Virus record (IMG/VR): IMGVR_UViG_3300021961_000106
Span: 1-59,215 of that record
Direction: 5' to 3' (one strand)
Length of the DNA: 59,215 bases
Source of the DNA: a virus
Taxonomy: Duplodnaviria; Caudoviricetes
Position 1 is the first letter of the stretch. Every line of letters begins with the position of its first letter. The notes under the pieces are model-generated. The model was not told the DNA's origin. It did not search any database and saw only the letters and a program-made list of their open reading frames with translations. This document shows positions 1 to 8,502 of the stretch, in pieces. The position numbers were made by a program, and so were the translations under genes.

Positions 1-207
1 AGCGACATTGCTAAAATCATTGCTATATTGAAACAAATTCCAAGGCACATTCTCAACCAACCCCGAAGAATTTACACGGGTGCCGTCAGAGGCCCTTGTG
101 AAAACAAGGTCCGCGCTTCCGTCGATAGGGATTTCAGAATATACTACGTCCTCCTTGTATCCGCTCGGGATCATTACTAGGGACGCTTTTTCAAGTAGTG
201 TGCTCAT
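1..207 (-). CDS. Fibre/adhesin-like virion protein, N-terminal part (runs off window)
   Basis: Not in ORF track; read manually from ATG at 207: MSTLLEKASLVMIPSGYKEDVVYSEIPIDGSADLVFTRASDGTRVNSSGLVE. The 'FTRAS.ATRVN..G..E' pattern is typical of phage fibre N-termini. Confidence 0.6.
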   Translation of the reverse strand, partial: MSTLLEKASLVMIPSGYKEDVVYSEIPIDGSADLVFTRASDGTRVNSSGLVENVPWNLFQYSNDFSNVA

Positions 208-210
208 TTT

Positions 211-465
211 TTATTGTATGATGGATAGTGCCTGCAGACCCTTCTCAGCGCATGAGAGCGCCTCATAGTACCCGCTGTCTTGTGTTATTCTTGTTGCGTA
301 TGATGATTTGATGGACCAGCCTCCTAGCTTATTACGCAGGCACCCAGTGCCCTCGTAATAGCCTCCGTCTGCTGTTACACGGTTGTTGTATAGCGTTACC
401 AAATAGTAATCGTTCGTCTCTAAAAAGACGCTCGAGCCAACTATATTAGCAATACTTATCTGCAT
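211..465 (-). CDS. Small virion/fibre-adaptor protein
   Basis: 84 aa with two copies of a Y..R(V/I)T.D.GYYE...C motif; tightly packed between the spike-base and fibre genes. Confidence 0.55.
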   Translation of the reverse strand: MQISIANIVGSSVFLETNDYYLVTLYNNRVTADGGYYEGTGCLRNKLGGWSIKSSYATRITQDSGYYEALSCAEKGLQALSIIQ

Positions 466-466
466 C

Positions 467-733
467 TTACCAAAGGGCTACGATGTCAGTTGCGCTGGTT
501 CCAGTAGCGTAAACCTTAATCACCTGCACAGGCATAAAGGTACCTCCGTTCACTCCAGCGAATGTAATATCGTCTCCACCAATGGTGCGAACCTTAATGT
601 CTCCGTATCCACCTACATACAGCACGCAGCCGTTGTTGCCGGATCCGTTCTGAGTGGATACGCTAAGGATATTGGTGCTGTCGCTCGGAGTGACTGCAGC
701 AGCACGGGATATTTGTAGCTTCTGATAGGCCAT
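467..733 (-). CDS. Head-spike base protein (RcGTA Rcc01079-like)
   Basis: AVTPSD...LYVG..GD+.V...G....F.....G...PV.V..V.ATGT.AT.I.AL pattern. Confidence 0.7.
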   Translation of the reverse strand: MAYQKLQISRAAAVTPSDSTNILSVSTQNGSGNNGCVLYVGGYGDIKVRTIGGDDITFAGVNGGTFMPVQVIKVYATGTSATDIVALW

Positions 734-770
734 GATACTGCAAATTTAAGCAATCTTAGGCATTAAATAA

Positions 771-790
771 AAAGGGCCCCGCAGGGCCCT
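771..790 (-). terminator. Intrinsic terminator
   Basis: AGGGCCC-4 nt-GGGCCCT stem followed by a U-tract on the minus strand. Confidence 0.7.
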
Positions 791-795
791 CTCTT

Positions 796-966
796 TTAGT
801 CTTCTTTCTCGACTAGCTTGATCTCGCCAAACTCAACGTCCGGTTGTTCGTTTAAGTGCTCGATGGCCTTGACGATGTTACTCACTTCGAGAAGTCCGAA
901 GCATCCTTTTTGGATGGCAATGTTGAGAGCCTCGTTTACGATTTGAATTGCAGTTTTATTGTCCAT
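796..966 (-). CDS. Hypothetical 56-aa protein (possible fibre chaperone)
   Basis: Manual read MDNKTAIQIVNEALNIAIQKGCFGLLEVSN...; fills the gap between the 973 ORF and the terminator. Confidence 0.6.
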   Translation of the reverse strand: MDNKTAIQIVNEALNIAIQKGCFGLLEVSNIVKAIEHLNEQPDVEFGEIKLVEKED

Positions 967-972
967 AATTTT

Positions 973-1311
973 TTAAATAGTTGCCCAAGGTAGGGGTGTG
1001 TTTTCGGGAGATACAGGGGGGTTGATTTGCGAATCAATTTGACCTTGAATACAAGCCTCCAAGTTGTTAACGCCATCAATACCCAACTGGTCAACAATCC
1101 ATTGCAGAACTTGAGCCTCTGTCAAGTCGGCATAGGGGATGTAGTTAGGTTGGTCTGCGATAACCTCAAATTGTGCTGAGTTAGAAAGCGAAGCGGTGTA
1201 GTTTCCGTCTACGCCTGTTACAAGGTAGAGAGCCGTTACAACGTAATCGGGTTCGTTTGTTACGGGAATGGTGTACAAGTTCGTAACCTCCCAAGTGTAA
1301 GTAGTTGCCAT
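973..1311 (-). CDS. Fibre-associated small protein (assembly/chaperone-like)
   Basis: TYTW...YIPYADLTEAQVLQW...PLPW pattern, commonly found downstream of phage fibre genes. Confidence 0.55.
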   Translation of the reverse strand: MATTYTWEVTNLYTIPVTNEPDYVVTALYLVTGVDGNYTASLSNSAQFEVIADQPNYIPYADLTEAQVLQWIVDQLGIDGVNNLEACIQGQIDSQINPPVSPENTPLPWATI

Positions 1312-1327
1312 TTTTCAAATATACTAA

Positions 1328-2827
1328 TTAGACGCTTAACATTATTTTGTAGTCAGTTCCATTGATTTTCACGTCCCATAGGAATTGGGCCGGTACGTCT
1401 GCGGTTGGGTTTACTGCACCAGCGGGATAAGCAGCCGAACCGACTACGAATTGGTTGGAGGCTGTGGCTGTTGCATCACGACCTAAAATTATAGAAGCAT
1501 CAAAGTTGCCATTATTTGTCCCCGAACCTATTGCCGTATTGCTGGAACCCGTTGTGTTACTAAACCCAACTGCTCCAAACCCAATGGCAACATTATTTGT
1601 TCCCGTTGTGCTTGAGTTTAGAGAAGCGAAACCAAGAGCCGTATTTCTATTTCCGCTTGTTTGTGATTGTAAAGCAACATAACCGACCGCAACATTTTCG
1701 TTGCTTGTGCTATTTTGTAATGCTTGATACCCGATTGCAGTATTCTCTCTGCCCGTTGTAACAACCGATAATGCTTGATACCCTAAAGCGGTATTAAAAT
1801 TACCCGTACTTACTCTCAACGCTTGATACCCTATTGCAGTAATACCAGTCCCACTCGTATTACTAAACGCTGCCTCAAAGCCTACAGCGGTGTTGTTGGC
1901 AGCGGTGTTGTTGCGTAGAGAATCACGGCCTACTGCTGTATTAGCATTTGCGTTTACACTTGTTAAAGAACCTGTACCTATTGCTGTATTACTGATTCCT
2001 GTAGTGTTTGTCAATAAAGCACCATCACCGAATCCCGTATTTGCTATTCCCGTTGTATTGGCCGTTAATGCCTTAAAACCTACAGCGGTGTTGTAACCAC
2101 CAGTAGAACTTCTCAATGCCTGATAACCTACAGCAGTTATCTCTACCCCACTCGTATTGCTCAACGCTGCCTCAAAACCTACAGCGGTGTTGCTTGAGGC
2201 GGTGTTACTTTCTAACGCACTACGACCTATGGCGGTGTTTGCACTACCAGTTACGTTATAGTACAATGAAGCAGTACCTAATGACGTATTGTAGTCGCCA
2301 AGGCTGTTTGAAAATAAACTTGCACGGCCAACCGATGTGTTTTGCGTACCAGTTGTATTATTATATGCAGATTGATAACCCAATGCTGTATTGTAACTAC
2401 CCGTACTATTTCGCAACGCCTGATAACCTACTGCGGTAATTTCTACCCCACTCGTATTGAATTTTGCAGCCTCATAACCTATACCAACATTGCTGTTAGC
2501 AGTAGTGTTACTATTTAACGCATCGCTCCCCAACGCCACGTTATACGCACCTGTGGTATTGCTATTCAGCGTGCCTGTACCTATGGCCGTGTTGTAATCG
2601 CCAGTAGTAGAGGCGCTTCCAAGGGCGTTCTCTCCGAAGGCAGTGTTGTTAGCCACTCCAGCCTTACCATTACTAGTTACAGAGCCGGTGCTCAGTTTAA
2701 GAGGGGTATCGTTGCCCAAGCCATCGGTGATGGTCTTCAGCGATCCAGTCAGTTGGTCGTTATCAGTGGTCTTGATTAGACCATCGTATGTGTTCTTAGG
2801 GGTTAAGCCAGTTAGAGAAGTTCCCAT
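1328..2827 (-). CDS. Fibre/adhesin with YadA-head-like beta-roll repeats
   Basis: About 30 tandem ~14-aa repeats (NTA[VI]G..AL..NT.G). Confidence 0.75.
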   Translation of the reverse strand: MGTSLTGLTPKNTYDGLIKTTDNDQLTGSLKTITDGLGNDTPLKLSTGSVTSNGKAGVANNTAFGENALGSASTTGDYNTAIGTGTLNSNTTGAYNVALGSDALNSNTTANSNVGIGYEAAKFNTSGVEITAVGYQALRNSTGSYNTALGYQSAYNNTTGTQNTSVGRASLFSNSLGDYNTSLGTASLYYNVTGSANTAIGRSALESNTASSNTAVGFEAALSNTSGVEITAVGYQALRSSTGGYNTAVGFKALTANTTGIANTGFGDGALLTNTTGISNTAIGTGSLTSVNANANTAVGRDSLRNNTAANNTAVGFEAAFSNTSGTGITAIGYQALRVSTGNFNTALGYQALSVVTTGRENTAIGYQALQNSTSNENVAVGYVALQSQTSGNRNTALGFASLNSSTTGTNNVAIGFGAVGFSNTTGSSNTAIGSGTNNGNFDASIILGRDATATASNQFVVGSAAYPAGAVNPTADVPAQFLWDVKINGTDYKIMLSV

Positions 2828-2845
2828 GTTGCAAAGATACGTTAA

Positions 2846-3208
2846 TTACTTATTACAATTATTCCAATTCGTGTCCCAGTCTTCCCAGACGACAGGTGTG
2901 ATAAGCTCCCACAAGTCAGTTGAGTAGCAGCCGTCACTCGATCCACCCGTCATGTCAAGGGCAATAATACTATCAGCCGTCGTGCCAGTAGCGAATACCT
3001 TCGTCACATGCACAGGCATAAATGTACCACCAGGAACACTATAGAATGTTACATCATCGCCGCCAGCCGTTAGCACGCGTACGTTACCTCCTACGCCAAT
3101 ATATAGCGCTGAATATTTGTTACTCGCAGATAGTTGAAACTGTAACGTCTCCGTGTCAGACGGATACACCAGTGCGCCCTGCGCGTGCTGAAGTTGCTGG
3201 GTAGGCAT
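2846..3208 (-). CDS. Second head-spike base paralogue with C-terminal extension
   Basis: Aligns with 467..733 (GGDDVTF..V.GGTFMPV.V.KV.ATGT) and adds a Trp-rich tail. Confidence 0.7.
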   Translation of the reverse strand: MPTQQLQHAQGALVYPSDTETLQFQLSASNKYSALYIGVGGNVRVLTAGGDDVTFYSVPGGTFMPVHVTKVFATGTTADSIIALDMTGGSSDGCYSTDLWELITPVVWEDWDTNWNNCNK

Positions 3209-3226
3209 GGTGCAAAGTTAATGAAT

Positions 3227-3373
3227 TTACCCTTGACCGCGATTCGGTTTGCGGTAGTTCTTGCTGCCCTTAGTCTTAGAGGTCTTCGTCTTAGCATGAA
3301 CGCCAGGTCTTCTAACCTTCGGTTTGACCTTGTACGAAGAGGAGTTTAGCGAACCGCCTTTAGCCTTTGCCAT
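3227..3373 (-). CDS. Very basic 48-aa protein
   Basis: Manual read MAKAKGGSLNSSSYKVKPKVRRPGVHAKTKTSKTKGSKNYRKPNRGQG. Confidence 0.6.
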   Translation of the reverse strand: MAKAKGGSLNSSSYKVKPKVRRPGVHAKTKTSKTKGSKNYRKPNRGQG

Positions 3374-3518
3374 ATGGGAACGCCTTGTTTAGAGCCTCCT
3401 TGCGCTTAGAGCAGCCGCAGTCCTTGCCAGTAATCTTACTATATTTGTCAGCCATCTTCTTGATGCCCGTGGCGATGGTCATCTTCTCGATCGTATCGCC
3501 CAATCCCTTTGATTTCAT
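3360..3518 (-). CDS. Small phage protein with GLGDT...DCGC..RK..LN motif
   Basis: Start set to MKSKGLGD, 4 nt downstream of a TATATTTG promoter motif. Confidence 0.65.
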   Translation of the reverse strand: MKSKGLGDTIEKMTIATGIKKMADKYSKITGKDCGCSKRKEALNKAFPYGKG

Positions 3519-3587
3519 ATAGCAAATATAGCACATGTTCACATGTGCTATCTATGAAGTATTGTGGCTCTCTCTGAAGTAACGTGG

Positions 3588-3932
3588 TTATCTCCGCACA
3601 GCCTTCACCCTAGCACCCATGCCTACTCTTGACTTCTCTCTTTTCTTGGCGGCAAGCTTAGAGCCGCTCATCTCTGACTTTGTCACCGGAGTCTTCGAGC
3701 TCACGCGCTTAGTGGGGCGGCAGTACTCGTTCTTACCACCAGCTCCGCATGGCTTGCCTGTCTTTGTGTCCTGCCACTTCTCAGCGCCCCAGCGCTTTAG
3801 GCTAGCGCCTTTCTCGCTCTTGGTGACGTTGCCACTTGCCTTGCGGCACTTGGCAATGGCCTGTGAGGCACGAGCACTAGGAAAGATCTTGTACTGGGCC
3901 TTTACTTTGCTATAGCAGGCATCTTTTGGCAT
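3588..3932 (-). CDS. Basic hypothetical protein
   Basis: 114 aa, K/R-rich, with DACY.KVK..Y..FPSA and LKRW..EKW motifs; promoter motif 4 nt upstream. Confidence 0.65.
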   Translation of the reverse strand: MPKDACYSKVKAQYKIFPSARASQAIAKCRKASGNVTKSEKGASLKRWGAEKWQDTKTGKPCGAGGKNEYCRPTKRVSSKTPVTKSEMSGSKLAAKKREKSRVGMGARVKAVRR

Positions 3933-4030
3933 GGTGCAAAGTTAGCGTAATCTATCAAACATATTTGTGTTTGAGAGTCTGACTACAAAGTCTTCGTATG
4001 TTATAGTAAATTTGTGCCAAATCTACTACA

Positions 4031-4555
4031 ATGACATACGATTTCATGAAATTCTGGAGGCCTGTGCGCATCTGGACCCTTAGAGAGTACAAGCTCAAGA
4101 ACTCAGAGCTGGATATGATGCTCTTCCTTTACTCCGAGAACTGGTTTACACGCGGAGATTTCGACCTTATTGGCGATGTCATGTCTTGGGACCGCAAAAT
4201 CTTTGACGATATCATGAACAAAGGCTATATCATCAAGGTCAAAGAGCACGTTCCCTACCGATCAAAGGCCAGATACGCCCTTTCTCAGCACGCCAAAGGC
4301 ATTGTCGCCCATATGTACAGAAAACTCACCGGCGAAGAGTCTCTAAAGAGGTTCTCCGGCGGTGAGTTCACCACAAAACGCTATAACTTGCTCCAGGAGC
4401 GTATGGCTAGCACACGAGAACTACGTCCTGCTCCCGTATCACGTAACACGAGACACCGTTTACCAAAATCGGATGGCCGGCGGTCTTATCGACATACAAA
4501 AGAAGGCCTTCCTTCAAAGCGTGGTGGCACTCAGTCCCCACCGCCAGAACAGTAG
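4031..4555 (+). CDS. Winged-helix (MarR-like) putative regulator
   Basis: L..SELDM+LFLY...Y.LS..AK pattern; own TAAATTTG promoter at 4007-4014. The 3' end overlaps groES in antisense. Confidence 0.5.
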   Translation: MTYDFMKFWRPVRIWTLREYKLKNSELDMMLFLYSENWFTRGDFDLIGDVMSWDRKIFDDIMNKGYIIKVKEHVPYRSKARYALSQHAKGIVAHMYRKLTGEESLKRFSGGEFTTKRYNLLQERMASTRELRPAPVSRNTRHRLPKSDGRRSYRHTKEGLPSKRGGTQSPPPEQ

Positions 4556-4688
4556 CCTTCTTGTAGCGCATGTCGTTGCTATCCTTGACACCCAACAACA
4601 GCCCACTCTCGCTAGTTTTCTCTTGCTCCACGACCTCCTCGACCAGTATGTACTTGCCGATGGCCTTGATATTGTCTAGTTTGCTCAT
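4407..4688 (-). CDS. groES: Co-chaperonin GroES (Cpn10)
   Basis: IKAIGKYILVE..EKTSESGLLL..ATVLAVG..VIREQDVV. Confidence 0.9.
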   Translation of the reverse strand: MSKLDNIKAIGKYILVEEVVEQEKTSESGLLLGVKDSNDMRYKKATVLAVGTECHHALKEGLLLYVDKTAGHPILVNGVSCYVIREQDVVLVC

Positions 4689-6214
4689 AAATCTCTTACA
4701 TTAGATACAATAACTGACGTTCCCATGATGGTAGAGGCCACACTTACTGCGTTCTGCAGTGCCGTTCTGGTTACCTTCGCTGGGTCAGTCACCCCCATCT
4801 CAATCATGTTGCCGTAGCGCTGCGTTCTCACGTTGAACCCTAGCCCTGGCTCGTCCATCTGACCCTCCACGTAAGCCCAATCGTCGCCAGCGTTCTTCAA
4901 AATCTGACGCATTGGCGCCTTCAGAGCCTCTTTTAGGATGGCTGAGGCCTTGGAGTTTGACTCGACTAGTGCTGTAGTAGCGTTATGTAACGCTACTCCG
5001 CCACCAGCGAGGATCCCCTCCTCGAGGGCTGCGCGCACAGCGCACACAGCGTCGTCCACCCTGTCCTTCTTCTCCTTCTGCTCAATCTCAGAGTCAGCCC
5101 CAACGTATATGATACCAATGCCGCCCGTCAAGTTTGCCAGCCTCTGCTGCTCAAATGCGTCTGTTGAGCCCTTTAGCGCCTCGATGCGGGCGTCCACCAC
5201 GCTCTGCTCGCCACGACCGCCCACAATGACCGTCTGCTCCTGGCTTGAGATGACCTTGTCAGCCTTACCCAACCAGTCCATACCAACCAGGCTCAGCTCG
5301 TCGCCCGTGTCCTCGCTCACCAACCGAGCGCCGACCATGGCAGCGATGTCCTCCATCAGCTCCTTGCGTCGGTACCCAAAGTCGGGAGGTAAGATCTGGC
5401 ACACCTTGATCGTGCCCTTCATGGCGTTTACGTTCAAAGTGTTCATAGCGTTCATCCCCATCTCGGAGATGATGAGCAAACTGTCGCCGTTCTGCACAAT
5501 AGGTGCCAGCACGTGCTCGAGCTTGGAGAGGTTCTCAATCTTCTGATCGGAGACGAGGACGTAGGGGTTCTGAAGAACCCCTTCATTCTTCTTCTGATCC
5601 GTGATGAAGAACCTGGAGCCAATGCCCCTGTCAATCTTAATGCCTTGGATAATCTCAGAGTATGTCTCTGACGTCTTTGAGTCAGCCACGCTCACGTAGC
5701 TCACCTGCTTGTAGGCATCAGCAATGAGCTCGCCTATCTCAGCGTCACCGTTGGCGCTCACTGTCGCCACGTCCACCAGCGTCTCGTCCGTCACTGGCAC
5801 TGCCATCTCCTTGAGCGCGTCCACCACCTTGGCGGCAATGGCCTGCAGCTCACGGGTCACCGTTCCCATGTCCACGGCACCACCCAACTGCTTGCGGGCC
5901 TCGTTGATGATGGCCTGCGTCAGCACAATGCTCGTGGTCGTCCCGTCTCCAGCCTGAGTGGCTGTCTTCTCGGATGCCTCACGGGCAATGCCCACAGCCA
6001 TGTTCTCGACAGGGTCAAGAAGGTTAATGGACCTTGCCACCGAGACACCATCCTTGGTAATGACCACGCCATGGGTGTGGTTCTCAGACTCGATCAGCAC
6101 CGTGCGCCCCTTTGGGCCCAGTGTGCTCTTGACAGCGTCAGCCAGCGTGTTGATGCCGCTGATTAGTTTCTCTTGGCCATCCTGACCAAAATGTACATGC
6201 TTTAAAATTGCCAT
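4685..6214 (-). CDS. groEL: Chaperonin GroEL (Cpn60), phage type
   Basis: TLGPKGR, ITKDGVSVA, AGDGTTT, AGGGVAL and DPAKVTR motifs. Start set to MAILKHVHF, downstream of the promoter motif at 6232-6239. Confidence 0.95.
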   Translation of the reverse strand: MAILKHVHFGQDGQEKLISGINTLADAVKSTLGPKGRTVLIESENHTHGVVITKDGVSVARSINLLDPVENMAVGIAREASEKTATQAGDGTTTSIVLTQAIINEARKQLGGAVDMGTVTRELQAIAAKVVDALKEMAVPVTDETLVDVATVSANGDAEIGELIADAYKQVSYVSVADSKTSETYSEIIQGIKIDRGIGSRFFITDQKKNEGVLQNPYVLVSDQKIENLSKLEHVLAPIVQNGDSLLIISEMGMNAMNTLNVNAMKGTIKVCQILPPDFGYRRKELMEDIAAMVGARLVSEDTGDELSLVGMDWLGKADKVISSQEQTVIVGGRGEQSVVDARIEALKGSTDAFEQQRLANLTGGIGIIYVGADSEIEQKEKKDRVDDAVCAVRAALEEGILAGGGVALHNATTALVESNSKASAILKEALKAPMRQILKNAGDDWAYVEGQMDEPGLGFNVRTQRYGNMIEMGVTDPAKVTRTALQNAVSVASTIMGTSVIVSNVRDL

Positions 6215-6314
6215 AGATTTGATTCTTGGTGCAAATATACCAAGACCATACCAATTAGGCAAGGACTGACAAGGTGTCTTGTGTGAGCCCCAACCTAACA
6301 GCGTAGCTGCTAGG

Positions 6315-6968
6315 TCACAACCCCTTCAGCATCGCAATGAGGTTCGCGGCAGGGTAGCAGTCGCTCTTGTCCGTGCGGTAGCTGGTGTGGTTCCAAATGC
6401 CAGGGGCGCCACTCATGGCCTCCTTGCTGATGTCCCACATGTCCTCGTTGTATACCAATGGTATGTCGTAGACACGAGTCCAGTACTTGAGTAGCTTCTC
6501 CACCGACTCAATCTGCTCGTCAGTGTATGTGTGCCAGAACTTGTGCTTCTTGAATGGTGTCTCCAACTCCTCAACCTCCTCGTTGGGGATGGTTTGACCA
6601 TATATGGTCTTGAATACACCTGCCTCGTATTTCAAGGGGCCATACGCACAAATTTCAATGCCAATACTACTCTTGTCCAGGTTCTGGTACTTGAGACCAA
6701 GAGGTGTGAAGTGCTTGGTGCCTAGCCCCAAGTGGCTGGCCCAGTACTTTGAGCTGTAGGCCTGGTGGATCACACCATCGCCACCAACCACCACGGCAGT
6801 GGCAACTCTCTCCGGGGTCTTGTCCCACCCACGGATTACATTGGCAGCGTTGCGGTTGCTAACCGTATGGTGCAATACAATCTGCGTCTTTTTTGGCATC
6901 TCCTTCACGTACTGACTCGCACTCAATGGGGTCTGTACAATATTCAAATCATCAAGCATAATTGGCAT
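6315..6968 (-). CDS. N-acetylmuramoyl-L-alanine amidase (Amidase_2, endolysin)
   Basis: IVLHHT, SIGIEI and H....R.DKSDC.P zinc-amidase motifs. Confidence 0.85.
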   Translation of the reverse strand: MPIMLDDLNIVQTPLSASQYVKEMPKKTQIVLHHTVSNRNAANVIRGWDKTPERVATAVVVGGDGVIHQAYSSKYWASHLGLGTKHFTPLGLKYQNLDKSSIGIEICAYGPLKYEAGVFKTIYGQTIPNEEVEELETPFKKHKFWHTYTDEQIESVEKLLKYWTRVYDIPLVYNEDMWDISKEAMSGAPGIWNHTSYRTDKSDCYPAANLIAMLKGL

Positions 6969-7007
6969 ACCACAAAGATATGGACTAAAACAGATATTCT
7001 GCAGTGA

Positions 7008-7260
7008 TTGACATAAATGTCAAACAATGTAGAAATGCTGAAACTTTTTCTCTTTTCTAGAAATATATTTTTATGTATCTATCTTATTTTTTTTTTTTTA
7101 TTTTCAGCTAAAAAAAACAGCATTTCAGCATTTTAATAGATAAATATAAGAAAATCAATAAGTTACACGATGTAGAAACGAATGCTGAAGAGTGCTGAAA
7201 CTACCGTGAAACTGTGAAACAGCACTATTTAACATAATGTTATGTCATAGAAATGTCATT
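7008..7260. repeat. AT-rich origin-like element, copy A
   Basis: T-tract, repeated TGCTG/TGTAG/TGTCA pentamers, IHF-consensus match AATCAATAAGTTA (7153-7165). Inverted homologue at 12527-12770. Confidence 0.55.
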
Positions 7261-7352
7261 ATCGTATTATTGCGATAGAGATGATGAGAAAGTTTTAGCA
7301 CTTATCAAAGTGTTTAAAAACACCTCGAGCGATGGACTTATTTACCGATTGG

Positions 7353-7490
7353 TCAAATCCAGGCAATCGACAAGCGGATGATCAATAGGTCTAAAACAAC
7401 CTCGTAATAAGGATCCTCCTTGTCAGGGTTGTACAGCTGGAAGCCTACCAAAAGGCCATAGCGGAGTCGGGACTCTAAGGTAATGGTCAT
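7353..7490 (-). CDS. Hypothetical 45-aa protein
   Basis: MTITLESRLRYGLLVGFQLY...; degenerate promoter GACCTTTG 4 nt upstream. Confidence 0.55.
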   Translation of the reverse strand: MTITLESRLRYGLLVGFQLYNPDKEDPYYEVVLDLLIIRLSIAWI

Positions 7491-7978
7491 GGTGCAAAGG
7501 TCAACAAAATTTGTTAGACGTATGGGGGTTGAGGGTAATAATATAATTTCACAGTCCCCGACCCGATCGGAAAGTCGATTTTTTCGGATAGGGGGGGTCG
7601 GGATTTTGGCTCGCCGTTCCCGAATTTTTGGGGTTTCCTGTGGGTACCTGTTGGCCATACTAGGCACGGCACAGCCCCACAGCCTAGCCCGTCGCTTGCC
7701 GCAGTCTAGGACCTAGGACCTAGCCCGTTTTGCTTCCCCGATTCCTAGGCACGCTCACAGAACAAGTGTCAACATGACGCTTCTGCTGTGAGACGGGGCA
7801 ACCGGAAAACTGCAGCCCCACCTTCCCCCACTTTGCCCCAATTCTAGGGCCTAGAAAGAGAGGGTTTCCCCCACCGAACCCCACATTTCCCCGCCAACAA
7901 GTCACCCCCGATAAAAAGGGCCAAAAACTTTATAAAAAAAAATATTTGCCCTAACTGATTGATTTTCAATTAAATCCC

Positions 7979-7997
7979 ATTTAGAATGATTCTAAAT
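7979..7997. promoter_or_regulatory. Perfect 9-1-9 palindrome, Fur-family-box-like operator
   Basis: ATTTAGAAT-G-ATTCTAAAT, 21 nt upstream of the early promoter -33 element. Confidence 0.55.
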
Positions 7998-8018
7998 TAA
8001 CACTTTTTTTCACAAAAA

Positions 8019-8050
8019 TTTGGTAGTCACAAACCCGCGCCCCAACTTTG
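8019..8050 (+). promoter_or_regulatory. Early promoter, Bacteroidota sigma-A type
   Basis: TTTG (8019-8022), 20-nt spacer, CAACTTTG (one mismatch to TAnnTTTG); AT-rich upstream region. Confidence 0.6.
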
Positions 8051-8155
8051 CATCATCGTTCTGATACATCACCGCCCCACTTCACCCGTGACCCTTTGGG
8101 TATGGCGGTACCGGTTCCACCTTCTAGACCACTGCGGTGCAGTGCTCGCCGGACC

Positions 8156-8172
8156 CGTTCTTTGACTTATTG
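8156..8172 (+). promoter_or_regulatory. boxA-like antitermination element
   Basis: CGTTCTTTGACTTATTG in the structured early leader. Confidence 0.5.
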
Positions 8173-8246
8173 ATACTACCGCATGGCGCCGAGAGACGGC
8201 TCTCTCCACCCACATCCTGTAGCCCATGGATGAGCGCCACCTACAA

Positions 8247-8295
8247 ACCCAAGCCAATTGGCTTGCTGCCCGTTCGAGTCGGGCCTTGGGTTCCA
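8247..8295 (+). ncRNA. Mini-tRNA mimic 1 (no anticodon arm)
   Basis: ACCCAAG/CTTGGGT 7 bp, GCCCG/CGGGC 5 bp, loop TTCGAGT, then T-CCA. Confidence 0.75.
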
Positions 8296-8310
8296 CCTAA
8301 AACTAACATC

Positions 8311-8502
8311 ATGAAAAACAAAAATTCAATGACCAACACAGAAATCAAAATTGCCGCCGCTGAGTACTTCGTAAAGCATATGCTTCAAGTTTATCGCGAT
8401 GAAAAGAAATATGACAAAAGAGCGGCCGAAGACACCGAGTACATCCTTTGCCTTATTGATAAGTACAAGGAAGAACTTTTGGAAAAAGGGCGAGGCTTCT
8501 AG
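8311..8502 (+). CDS. Early hypothetical protein (63 aa)
   Basis: Start reset to MKNKNS after an A-rich spacer; the upstream part of the track ORF is structured RNA. Confidence 0.6.
   Translation: MKNKNSMTNTEIKIAAAEYFVKHMLQVYRDEKKYDKRAAEDTEYILCLIDKYKEELLEKGRGF

Noticed and set aside
1328-2827. Diversity-generating retroelement target/template pair
   Set aside because: Repeat differences are not adenine-specific and no reverse transcriptase is present in the window.
4938-6185. Plus-strand ORFs antisense to groEL
   Set aside because: Ser/Ala/Thr-rich shadow frames of a GC-rich gene.
7483-7905. Short ORFs in the GC-rich 7.5-7.9 kb stretch
   Set aside because: Low-complexity Arg/Gly/Pro translations without start context; more likely a non-coding terminus region.
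8184-8239. Second self-cleaving ribozyme in the leader three-way junction
   Set aside because: No hammerhead, twister, pistol or HDV core recognised.
8137-8310. N-terminal extension of the first early ORF (likewise 8522-8566 of the second)
   Set aside because: These stretches are structured RNA; better A-rich starts exist at 8311 and 8567.
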